A stretch of DNA of 15,650 nucleotides. Origin: PVC group bacterium (GTDB taxonomy: Bacteria; Auribacterota; Erginobacteria; Erginobacterales; Erginobacteraceae). The notes beneath the pieces were generated by a model that was not told the DNA's origin, searched no databases, and saw nothing but the letters and a program-made list of their open reading frames with translations. Both the position numbers and the translations under genes were made by a program. The stretch is from assembly GCA_043804695.1 (NCBI GenBank), contig JAZDIV010000119.1, positions 1-15,650 on the forward strand, written 5' to 3'. Shown here piece by piece: positions 8,138 through 15,650 of this stretch. Position 1 is the stretch's first letter; the number at the start of each line of letters is the position of its first letter.

Positions 8138-8811
8138 CTACATTCTTACCCACATATCAGAACTTTCAACGTAAGTTGGCAATCTGGTGTTTTTGTCAAC
8201 TCTGGTTAACAATTTTATATGCCTATGTACTTGACTAAGTACATCGCTGAAGGGGATGATTTCGGTCAGGGGGACGAGCCGCGACTTCCCGGTACGGGAG
8301 ACCTCGATCCGATCTTCCTCAAGGCGTTTTTTAAATTCCAGCCACTTCCCGGCCGTCCGGAGCGACCGCAGCCACCGCTCGCCGTTCCCGCTCCCCGAGA
8401 CCGCCGTCGCCGCCCGGATCCGGCGATCGAAAGCGGCTACATAGGGGGCAATGGTGGCCCCGTAACTCAAGCCGTAGAGGCCCACTCTCTTCGCGTCGAT
8501 CTCCGGGCAGGAGACCAGAAAGGAGACGGCATGGCCGATGTCGGCCGCCCGATCGAGGAGGAAGAGACGGGGCCGTTCCCCCTCGCTTTCCCCGAAACCG
8601 CGGTAATCGAAGGCCAGGCCGGCGAAGCCTTCTTCACGGAAAAGAGCGGCGATCTCCGGCAGTACCTTCTCCTTCACGCCCGACAGGCCCTGGCAGAGGA
8701 CGATCCCGGGGCACCTGTCCCCCTCCCCCGCCCGGCCGGCAGGTAGAGTTCGCCGGCCAGGCGAATGCCCTCCGAGGTATAAAATTGGACCTTATCCTTC
8801 CGCATGGGCAT
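8138..8811 (-). pseudogene. Alpha/beta hydrolase copy B, frameshifted and 3'-truncated
   Basis: Starts MPMRKDKVQFYTSEGIRLAGELYLPAG at 8811, with GGAGAGGGA upstream. The G-rich tract at ~8714-8733 has 17 nt versus 18 nt in copy A (1-nt loss). Homology to copy A stops after IIPFSD (~8242), losing the catalytic Asp and His; the remainder is unrelated AT-rich DNA. Confidence 0.85.
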
Positions 8812-8840
8812 GCCGAATCTTCCCTCTCCCGGGCGGCCGG

Positions 8841-9359
8841 TTACGACGCATCGTTTTTGTCAGACGCCGGATTGGAAGGGGGGCGAACGACAATTTTCTG
8901 GAAGAAGAAGTTGTTAGGGATATGAATGATATCCCCCTTTTCGTCCTCCAGGACGACAAAAAAGAGCTTCAGCTCCAGGACCGTCCCCGAGATGTTGTCG
9001 GGGACAATGGTGATCACGTCGCCAATCTTGAAAGGATCGGAGATGAAGAGGAGCACGCCGGCAACGATGTTGCTGAGGAGGCTCCAGACGGCGAAGAACC
9101 CGATGGCAATGACGCCGAGCACCCCGGCAAGGGCAGCCCAGAGGTGCCGGGGATTGAGCCCCCAGACAAAGATGATGACAATGGCGGCGACGCCCAGAAA
9201 AAAGGCAGCCATGACTTTGTTCGCCAGCTTTCCCCGCGACCGGCGCAGCCGGTTTCCGCGGGTAAACCGGTTGATCTGGTAACGGGTGACATACCGGGCG
9301 ACGGCCAGGACGACCAATGTCGCCGCCGTCGCCACAATCCGGCCGAGAGTCTCGTTCAT
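8841..9359 (-). CDS. Small-conductance mechanosensitive channel (MscS family) protein, short form
   Basis: Hydrophobic helices, then LSNIVAGVLLFISDPFKIGDVI...G.V...IHIPN. Start taken as ATG 9359, 7 nt after GGAGG (172 aa). Confidence 0.88.
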   Translation of the reverse strand: MNETLGRIVATAATLVVLAVARYVTRYQINRFTRGNRLRRSRGKLANKVMAAFFLGVAAIVIIFVWGLNPRHLWAALAGVLGVIAIGFFAVWSLLSNIVAGVLLFISDPFKIGDVITIVPDNISGTVLELKLFFVVLEDEKGDIIHIPNNFFFQKIVVRPPSNPASDKNDAS

Positions 9360-9463
9360 GTCCATTCCTCCCACAGTTTACCCCACCTCGCCCCCTTTAA
9401 TAAAACAAACGATTTGAATGTGATTGAATGGGATTAACGGCCTCTACCTCGGCCTTTTTTCCT

Positions 9464-9505
9464 GTTCGAAGTTCGACGTTGGACGTTCGATGTTCGACGT
9501 TCAGC
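9464..9505. repeat. Heptamer tandem array (GTTCGAC-like x6)
   Basis: gttcgaa gttcgac gttggac gttcgat gttcgac gttcagc, just downstream of the PK_C-like copy B stop. Confidence 0.85.
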
Positions 9506-9507
9506 TT

Positions 9508-10095
9508 TTATCTCCCCCGGCCGAAGTCCCGCGGCTTGCAGATGACCTCCCTGATCCGGAGGGAGAACATGGCCGCCTGGTGGGCGGGTGCGATGACCAG
9601 AGCGGTGTCGGCGCCGCTGGCCGAGCCTCCGAGGGCGATCACGTCCTTCCCCGAGAGAGCGCCCGCGTCGGCGGCCATCAGGACGCTCTCCACGCAGACC
9701 TTCGTTCCCTGCCCGAACATCCGGAGGGTCTCCGCCGCCACGGCCAGGGGGGCGCCGCCGCCGACCTTTGCCGTGGCCCGTTCCGCTCCGCTGAGGGCGT
9801 GGCCGCAGGTGACGATCACCGCCTTCTTCCCCGTCAGCTTCTTTCGGGCCGCCGGCGGCAACGGTTCGTCAAAGGGCTTTTCCGCCCCGGAATGGTAGGT
9901 AACCGCGATTACCTTCCCTCCCGGGAACCGGGAAGCGACCTCGAGGGCGGTTTGCCCGGTCTCGGTAGCGACCACGATCTCCCCGATCTTCAGTTCCCCC
10001 GCCCGCCGGCAGGCCGCCTCCACCGCGACCCGGGTGCAGGAAGGGCCGGGGGCGGGAAAGTAGAGAACCTCAACCTTATCCGTCTTTTTCGCCAT
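9508..10095 (-). CDS. Pyruvate-kinase C-terminal domain-like protein (copy B)
   Basis: 195 aa from ATG 10095 with RBS AAAGGAGG, ~93% identical to 2980..3573. One extra G in the terminal run changes the end from GDKS* to GR*. Confidence 0.88.
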   Translation of the reverse strand: MAKKTDKVEVLYFPAPGPSCTRVAVEAACRRAGELKIGEIVVATETGQTALEVASRFPGGKVIAVTYHSGAEKPFDEPLPPAARKKLTGKKAVIVTCGHALSGAERATAKVGGGAPLAVAAETLRMFGQGTKVCVESVLMAADAGALSGKDVIALGGSASGADTALVIAPAHQAAMFSLRIREVICKPRDFGRGR

Positions 10096-10131
10096 GGATT
10101 TCCTCCTTTGAACTAAGCTCCGCAACTTTTA

Positions 10132-10222
10132 GCCACTAAGGCACCAAGGCACAAAGGAACGCTTTAAAGATGTAACAATTATGCTTCTTCTTTATTTCTT
10201 AGTGTCTTTGTGCCTTTGTGGC
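10132..10222. repeat. Inverted pair of octamer arrays (GCACAAAG-like x3 each) around a 41-nt AT-rich spacer
   Basis: gccactaaggcaccaaggcacaaag (10132-10156) versus cttagtgtctttgtgcctttgtggc (10198-10222): 21/25 reverse-complement match. Confidence 0.8.
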
Positions 10223-10262
10223 AAATTTGTTGTCCCGATTCATTTATTCAAAAGTATTGTTA

Positions 10263-10292
10263 TCCCGACGGATGTCGGGACGGATGTCGGGA
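10263..10292. repeat. Short palindrome with a 12-bp tandem duplication
   Basis: tcccgac-ggat-gtcggga; cggatgtcggga occurs twice in tandem. Confidence 0.65.
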
Positions 10293-10506
10293 AAATTCCG
10301 ATGCAGGAGCAGCCGGACGAAATCAGGCAGACGATTGTCGCAGATCCGGCAGTCTTTTTAACGGAAATGTGATCGGATGCGATTTATTTTCCCCCGTCTC
10401 AGCCCCTGATAAACAGACGAATTGGATGCCCGCCCGCAACGCCTTGCTTGCAATGGCAGTCAGGTGATCGGATAAGACTTGTTTCCCACCACCCCGGCCT
10501 CTTTTC

Positions 10507-10540
10507 GTTCGACGGTGGACGCTGGACGTTTAACGTTCGC
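10507..10540. repeat. Degenerate heptamer array, same family as 9464
   Basis: gttcgac ggtggac gctggac gtttaac gttcgc. Confidence 0.7.
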
Positions 10541-10561
10541 CTTGTTGAAAATTCGGCCGGA

Positions 10562-10590
10562 ATGTTATCACACGCCCCGCGATCCGGCAA
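10562..10590 (-). promoter_or_regulatory. Putative sigma70 promoter facing the PK_C-like/MscS/hydrolase genes
   Basis: Minus strand TTGCCG-17 nt-TAACAT, with TG at the extended -10 position. Confidence 0.4.
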
Positions 10591-10608
10591 GTTTCATCAT
10601 CGCCCGGC

Positions 10609-10637
10609 TTGACACCGCCCCTCCCGTTTGCTATCTT
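10609..10637 (+). promoter_or_regulatory. Putative sigma70 promoter for 10888..14274
   Basis: TTGACA-17 nt-TATCTT with a TGn extension. Confidence 0.6.
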
Positions 10638-10818
10638 ACTGTGCAAGAATGTCAATAATCTTATCTTTTCTTCGAAACAATTAAGAATGGTATATCTGAA
10701 GCCGACAGAAAATTATATCCTATGGGGTAAATAGCGGCCGGGGTTTAAGGCTTTTTTAAAGCGCTCCGCCCCAGTATGATCGGGGTGGCCCCGGTGAAAA
10801 TCTTGTTGTTAACCACCA

Positions 10819-10880
10819 GACCCCCCGACTGAATCAGTCGGGGGGTCCAATATTAAAGTAGCGCCGAAGGCGCTACTTTA
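10819..10880. repeat. Two adjacent perfect hairpins in the leader of the third MBL gene
   Basis: gaccccccgactga-a-tcagtcggggggtc (10819-10847) and taaagtagcgcc-gaa-ggcgctacttta (10854-10880). Confidence 0.85.
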
Positions 10881-10887
10881 TCGGTAT

Positions 10888-13800
10888 ATGAAACGGAATA
10901 CACTATTCATTGCCGCCGCGGCGGCGATAATTCTATCGGGGTTCCTGACCGCATCGGCGTTCGCCGGGGGCACGCTCGAGGTCTGGTTCATCTGGGCCAA
11001 CGGGAGCTCCGGAACCGGCACCCTGATCCGGGGACCGAACGGGACGACCGTCCTCTACGACGAGATGGGAGGATACAGCGCGGCCTGGTACCTGTACGAT
11101 CTTTTGAGCGAACTCGGCATCACCCACATTGACTACGCGGTGGCCGGACACTACGACAGCGACCACTGCGGCGGCCTGGACGATCTCTCATGGTTCCTCG
11201 GGGGATATTCACATTTCGGCACCTTCTACGACCGCGGCGGCACCGCGAAGTATGACGGCGACATCCCCTCCGACTATTACGAGACCGTCAATGAATTCCC
11301 TGCCATGCGGGCCGTCCCCACCCTCGGCCCGGCCGGGGCGATCGACCTCGGCGACGGGGCGACGCTCACCTTTCTCTCAAGGGGCGCGCCCGATTATACC
11401 GGCGGAACGAACGGCAGGATCTATGTCTATAACCAACCCGATCTCACGTCGGGGATCAGCGAGAACGAGAAGTCCATCACGGCGCTGCTCACCTACGGCG
11501 GCTTCGACCTCTACCTCGGCTCCGACGCCGAGGGTGACACGGAGTCGGCGATCGCCGACGTCATCGTCGATGACCTCGGCCGCGATCCCGACGTCTGCCT
11601 GGTGGACCATCACGGCTCCGACACCTACGGCATCAGCAGCGAGGCCTTCTGCGCCAAGATGGACCCCGAAGTGGCGGTCATCCCGGTCTGGAGCAACGGG
11701 TACGGTCATCCGAGGGGGACGACCGTGGAGCACTTCCAGGCCGCGGTGGAACCGCTGGACCAGCGGATCATCCGTCTCCACCCGGGCGACGAGGGGGATC
11801 CGAACTGGGCGCCGGAAACCATGGCTTACTGCCACACTTCCAACCGGCACGTCTATCTTTACACGAACGGCGTCACCTACACGGTGGACACGGTGGAACG
11901 GGTGGGCGGGAACGACATCACGGAACCGGGGCTGACCAACCACTACGCGGATGAAGGATACCAGCTCCTGATCACGGAAGCGGCCGTCGACCAAAACCAG
12001 CCCCTGGGGCACGACTGGATCGAGCTCTCGATGAAACTGGGAAGCGCCGACCTCTCCGCCATCTACATGACCGACCTCGACGAAGTCTATCCGGTCGCCG
12101 ACAACGGCCCCCTGACCATGGTGACCGGCGATCTCCTGGTCATCCACGACTCGGCCGGCACCTCCGAGAACAACTCCACCGGGAAGAGCGCGAACGGACT
12201 CTGGGATGTGTACCAGGCCTCCCTCTCCCTCGCCGCGGACGACGACCAGTTCATCATCACCACCGAGAATTCCGCCGATCCCGGCGGGGGGAGCATCCTC
12301 GACGCCCTCTGCTGGTCGAACGACGACGGCTCGATGGTCTCGGGGGAGGCGGCCGACGGAAACAACCTGATCTCCAAGAACCACTGGGGCGACCCGGAAG
12401 CGGGAGACGGGCTTTTCACCGCCTCCGACCAGGGGCCGGCGGCCGGCGACATCAACATCGGCTATGCGCAGAGGCTGACCTTCACCGACCACAACAGCGC
12501 GCCCGATTGGGTGATCTCGGCGACCAACGATTACGGGGATCCGCCCCCCACGGCCACGCCCACTCCCACCCCCTCTCCGACGCCGTCCGTCACCCCCAGC
12601 GCCACCCCGACGCCGTCGGTCACGCCGACGCCGTCCCCCACCGTCACCCCGACCCCGCCGCCGTCGCCCACGCTGACCCCGGCGCCCCCGGAGGGGGACG
12701 TGGTGATCAACGAGATCCACGCCGATCCGGCCTACGGTCTGGCGGGCGACGCCAACGGTGACGGCTACCGGGAAGGCTGGGAGGACGAGTTTGTGGAACT
12801 CGTCAACTGGACGGACCACACCGTCGACCTGGGCGGCTGCACCCTGAGCGACGACACCGCGGTCCGCTACACGTTCGACAACCCGTTTGAAGTCCCGCCC
12901 GGGAAAGCGGTCGTGGTCTTCGGGGGAGGGACCCCCGCCGGCGATTTCGGGGGATCGGCCTGGGTCACGGTCAGCGATGTCTGCTGCGGGCTTTACCTGA
13001 CCAACTCCGGCGACACGGTTACCCTCCGGGACGGGGCCTTTATCTACGACTCGGTGACCTACGGGATGAACGGCGGCCTGGACCAGTCGCTGAACCGGTA
13101 CCCCGAGAAACGGGGCTTCTTCTACCTGCACTCGGAGATCCCGGGATCGGGAGGGAGCCTTTACTCCCCGGGGACAAAGGTCAACGGGGACATCTTCGTC
13201 TACGAGCCGACGCCGACAGCGACACCGACCGTCACCCCCTCGCCGGTTCCGACAGCGACGCCCTCGCCCTCCCCCAGCGTCACCGTCACCCCCGTCCCCT
13301 CCCCGACCCCGACCCGCACCGTCACCCCCAGCCCGACGCCGGTCCCGACGGCATCACCCGCGCCCACGAACACCCCGTCACCCTCGGCCACGCCGGCGCC
13401 CACCGCCTCGCCATCTCCCTCCCGGACGCCGACTCCCAGCCCCTCCCCCACCGGCACCGCCACCGCGTCGCCCACACCTTCGCCGACACCGGGAGCCTCT
13501 CCAACCTGCGGGCCGCCGGCGCCGCTCGATCACCGGGCCGGGGCGGCGGGCGACTTTGACGGGGACGGCACCGACGACATCGCCGTTTTCCGGGAGACGT
13601 CCGGCCTCTGGGCGGTGCGGGGGATCACCCGCATGTATTTCGGCGCCGCTTCCGACGTCCCGGCCGCCGGCGACTACACCGGGTCGGGGACAACGGAGAT
13701 CGGCATCTTCCGGGGCGGATCCGGCCTCTGGGCGGTCAGGAAGGTCACCCGCCTGTACTTCGGCCACGGAGCCGACACGCCCGTCCCCGGGGACTACGAC

Positions 13801-14274
13801 GGGGACGGCGTCTGCGATCCGGGGATATTCCGGCCGGCCGCCGGGCTGTGGGCAGTCCGGGGGATCACCCGCGTTTACTTCGGGAAAGCGGGGGACGAAC
13901 CGGTCCCGGGCGATTACAACGGGACCGGGACCGGCGGGATTGCCGTCTTCCGGGGGAGTTCCGGGCTCTGGGCGATCCAGGGGGTGAGCCGCCTCTACTT
14001 CGGAAGGGGCGGCGACTGGCCGGTCCCCGGCGATTACAGCGGGGACGGGACCTGGCGGGCGGCCGTCTTCCGGGCGGAAGCGGGCCTCTGGGCGATCCGG
14101 GGGACGACCCGGAACTACTTCGGGAACTGCTCCGACCGACCGGTGCCGGCTGATTACAACGGCGACCTGACCGACGACCGGAGCATCTTCCGGCCCCCGG
14201 CCGGCCTCTGGGCGGTGAGGGGGGTCACCCGGGCTTACTTCGGAGGAGACGGCGACACTCCGGTCACCCGGTGA
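10888..14274 (+). CDS. Secreted ComEC-like MBL-fold hydrolase, lamin-tail-like domain, PT linker, lamin-tail domain, PT linker, six 40-aa FG-GAP-like repeats
   Basis: 1128 aa. Sec signal ending [30 protein letters not shown]...DWIEL and [10 protein letters not shown]...GDANGDG...DEFVELVN domains. Six exact 40-aa GDYxGxG...FR...GLWAxRGxTRxYFG repeats ending PVTR. Confidence 0.93.
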   Translation: MKRNTLFIAAAAAIILSGFLTASAFAGGTLEVWFIWANGSSGTGTLIRGPNGTTVLYDEMGGYSAAWYLYDLLSELGITHIDYAVAGHYDSDHCGGLDDLSWFLGGYSHFGTFYDRGGTAKYDGDIPSDYYETVNEFPAMRAVPTLGPAGAIDLGDGATLTFLSRGAPDYTGGTNGRIYVYNQPDLTSGISENEKSITALLTYGGFDLYLGSDAEGDTESAIADVIVDDLGRDPDVCLVDHHGSDTYGISSEAFCAKMDPEVAVIPVWSNGYGHPRGTTVEHFQAAVEPLDQRIIRLHPGDEGDPNWAPETMAYCHTSNRHVYLYTNGVTYTVDTVERVGGNDITEPGLTNHYADEGYQLLITEAAVDQNQPLGHDWIELSMKLGSADLSAIYMTDLDEVYPVADNGPLTMVTGDLLVIHDSAGTSENNSTGKSANGLWDVYQASLSLAADDDQFIITTENSADPGGGSILDALCWSNDDGSMVSGEAADGNNLISKNHWGDPEAGDGLFTASDQGPAAGDINIGYAQRLTFTDHNSAPDWVISATNDYGDPPPTATPTPTPSPTPSVTPSATPTPSVTPTPSPTVTPTPPPSPTLTPAPPEGDVVINEIHADPAYGLAGDANGDGYREGWEDEFVELVNWTDHTVDLGGCTLSDDTAVRYTFDNPFEVPPGKAVVVFGGGTPAGDFGGSAWVTVSDVCCGLYLTNSGDTVTLRDGAFIYDSVTYGMNGGLDQSLNRYPEKRGFFYLHSEIPGSGGSLYSPGTKVNGDIFVYEPTPTATPTVTPSPVPTATPSPSPSVTVTPVPSPTPTRTVTPSPTPVPTASPAPTNTPSPSATPAPTASPSPSRTPTPSPSPTGTATASPTPSPTPGASPTCGPPAPLDHRAGAAGDFDGDGTDDIAVFRETSGLWAVRGITRMYFGAASDVPAAGDYTGSGTTEIGIFRGGSGLWAVRKVTRLYFGHGADTPVPGDYDGDGVCDPGIFRPAAGLWAVRGITRVYFGKAGDEPVPGDYNGTGTGGIAVFRGSSGLWAIQGVSRLYFGRGGDWPVPGDYSGDGTWRAAVFRAEAGLWAIRGTTRNYFGNCSDRPVPADYNGDLTDDRSIFRPPAGLWAVRGVTRAYFGGDGDTPVTR

Positions 14275-14287
14275 TTCCGAGAACTTA

Positions 14288-14343
14288 GCCCTCGCTTTGC
14301 TCGGGCAACTTAAAAAACTACGAATTTCGCGAATTACACGAAT
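14288..14343. repeat. REP-like imperfect hairpin plus a nonamer array between convergent genes
   Basis: gccctcgctttgctcgggc, then actacgaat ttcgcgaat tacacgaat. Confidence 0.5.
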
Positions 14344-14446
14344 TTACTTTAAAATATCCCTTCAATGTCGGATTGATGCTTGCACACTCTTATTTTTCCG
14401 CCCCGCCCCGAAGTATTAATCGGGGGAGAAAAAATAAGAATCCGGG

Positions 14447-14719
14447 TTACCGCAGGTCGAGACTGTTTTTCAGCTCGCCCGTGCCCCATTTCCTGATCTT
14501 GTTCTTCGCTTCCGGGGCATCGGTCACCGACCAGAAGAGGCCGCAGTCCGCGCAGACGAAGGACTCGTACTCCACTTTCAGGAAGGGCGTGGAGAGGGCC
14601 AGCTTCATGAATTTGGTTTTGTCCGGCAGGAAACGGGGCTTGTATCCCCGGTGGCCGATTATCCTGCCCTTCAACACCCGCCGGCTGCCGCACCGGAAGC
14701 ATTCCAGGTCATTTCTCAT
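14447..14719 (-). CDS. Small zinc-ribbon-like hypothetical protein
   Basis: 90 aa with two CxxCG motifs (CFRCG, CADCG). Purine-rich [11 protein letters not shown] upstream; 27 nt downstream of the lipoprotein gene. Confidence 0.75.
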   Translation of the reverse strand: MRNDLECFRCGSRRVLKGRIIGHRGYKPRFLPDKTKFMKLALSTPFLKVEYESFVCADCGLFWSVTDAPEAKNKIRKWGTGELKNSLDLR

Positions 14720-14746
14720 GCGATTGCTCCCCTCTCATACCTTTCA

Positions 14747-15172
14747 TCATGGGCTCTCGGCCGGATTAAGGTACTCCATGGTGAACGATCCGGCGCGGAT
14801 GCCGCCTTCTCCGATGCTCTCCCCGGCGTGGATCGTGTAGTCGGCCGAGAAGGTCCCCTCCACCATCAGCTCGGTCTCCTCCTCCACCGGTTCCCCCCCC
14901 AGCTCCTTTAAGCGGATCACGGTCACGATCCTCCTCTCCCCGGGGTCCTCCTTGATGACCCGCCAGGCCGCGGCGCCGGCATTCCCGTCCCGGTCGATGA
15001 ACCGGTAGGTGCCGCCGGAGGAAAAATACACCTCCCCGGAGCCGTCGGTCATCCGCCAATGCCCGATCAAGGCCGCGGCCGGGGTGGAGGTATTTCTCTC
15101 CGTCCCGGTTAAGGCCGCGCAGCCGGCGCAGAAAACAATAACCGCCGGCCAGACAGAGACTATTCTTTTCAT
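14747..15172 (-). CDS. Putative lipoprotein, hypothetical (possibly lipocalin-like beta barrel)
   Basis: Start reassigned to ATG 15172 (RBS AAAGGAG). MKRIVSVWPAVIVFCAGC has a lipobox-like AGC; LIGHW motif; 141 aa. Confidence 0.75.
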   Translation of the reverse strand: MKRIVSVWPAVIVFCAGCAALTGTERNTSTPAAALIGHWRMTDGSGEVYFSSGGTYRFIDRDGNAGAAAWRVIKEDPGERRIVTVIRLKELGGEPVEEETELMVEGTFSADYTIHAGESIGEGGIRAGSFTMEYLNPAESP

Positions 15173-15239
15173 GGGTTCTCTCCTTTCGGGTACCCCCGCC
15201 GCCGCGGGAGAAACGCACTTTGACCGCGTGATACTATAG

Positions 15240-15350
15240 ACTGAACGGATTTCGGGGAAGGGGAATCTGACGGGGATCCAGCTCGGCATCATCAACATCG
15301 CGACCAACGCGGCCATCCCGGTGCTTCCGCTGATCAACGCATCGTTTTAG
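15240..15350 (+). pseudogene. Orphan 3' gene fragment resembling the C-terminus of LA_2272-like repeat proteins
   Basis: Reads ...GNLTGIQLGIINIATNAAIPVLPLINASF* with GC3-rich codons. Bounded upstream by TAG at 15237-15239, with no start. Family resemblance is from memory. Confidence 0.5.
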
Positions 15351-15433
15351 GAGCCTGTCCGAGTAATGGCTCTCGACATTCGCTTGCAAGTGGCTGGCTG
15401 CGCGTCAGAGATCATTACTCGGACAGGCTCCTA
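15348..15433. mobile_element. MITE: 82 bp, 19-bp perfect terminal inverted repeats, TA on both sides
   Basis: TA-GGAGCCTGTCCGAGTAATG (15348-15368) ... CATTACTCGGACAGGCTCC-TA (15413-15433). No coding capacity. Confidence 0.75.
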
Positions 15434-15463
15434 GGCCCAAATTAAGCGAACTGTCATTTTTCA

Positions 15464-15570
15464 CCCCTGCCGCTTTATGCGGCAGGTGAATCAGTTTATC
15501 AGCTATCATCCGGAACCTTTTCAACCCGGAAGGCCCCCGTGACTTTATGTCACGGGTGAATAAGTTCATC
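15464..15570. repeat. Two ~70-bp-period direct repeats, each with an 8-bp hairpin and a TTTAT loop
   Basis: cctgccgc-tttat-gcggcagg-tgaatcagtttatcagctat (15466) and cccgtgac-tttat-gtcacggg-tgaataagttcatcggctat (15536). Confidence 0.8.
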
Positions 15571-15650
15571 GGCTATACCCGTTTTTAACCCCCCGGATGG
15601 GAGAGGGGAACTGGTGGTTAGCTTATGAACTTTCTCCCCTGCCACACAAG

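Noticed and set aside
8714..8733. Phase variation by G-run slippage in hydrolase B
   Set aside because: The runs are only 5 nt, and the gene also lacks its catalytic C-terminus, so restoring the frame would not restore function. It may also be a homopolymer sequencing error.
10293..10500. Short ORFs or an ncRNA in the divergent intergenic region
   Set aside because: I could not recognise any protein motif, RBS or RNA family signature; an Rfam scan would be needed.
15173..15337. N-terminal 55 aa of the 196-aa ORF 14747..15337
   Set aside because: The RBS and lipoprotein signal point to ATG 15172, and the extension is partly antisense to the + strand gene remnant.

Overview
GC-rich bacterial accessory region encoding secreted or surface proteins. 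It carries three ComEC/Rec2-like metallo-beta-lactamase (MBL)-fold genes (<1..1460 -, 5389..7980 -, 10888..14274 +). Each has a signal peptide and a Pro/Thr (PT) linker, then different passenger domains: an [16 protein letters not shown] domain, GEVED, or two lamin-tail-like domains. The two complete genes end in six FG-GAP-like DxDGDG repeats. The left two thirds is a diverged tandem duplication (offset ~6.5 kb) of the cassette [PK_C-like protein]>[alpha/beta hydrolase]>[MBL protein]. In the second copy the hydrolase is frameshifted and truncated, an MscS-family gene is present, and the MBL gene has a sigma54-type promoter. Between the copies lies a headless module (PT linker, BACON-like domain, six repeats) with an in-frame TAG, resembling an orphan or displaced C-terminus. 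Intergenic DNA is dense with 7-, 8- and 9-mer repeat arrays, palindromes, a TA-flanked MITE and a pair of covarying hairpins. I found no rRNA, tRNA, CRISPR array, or intact transposase or recombinase. Family names come from motif recognition only; no searches were run.
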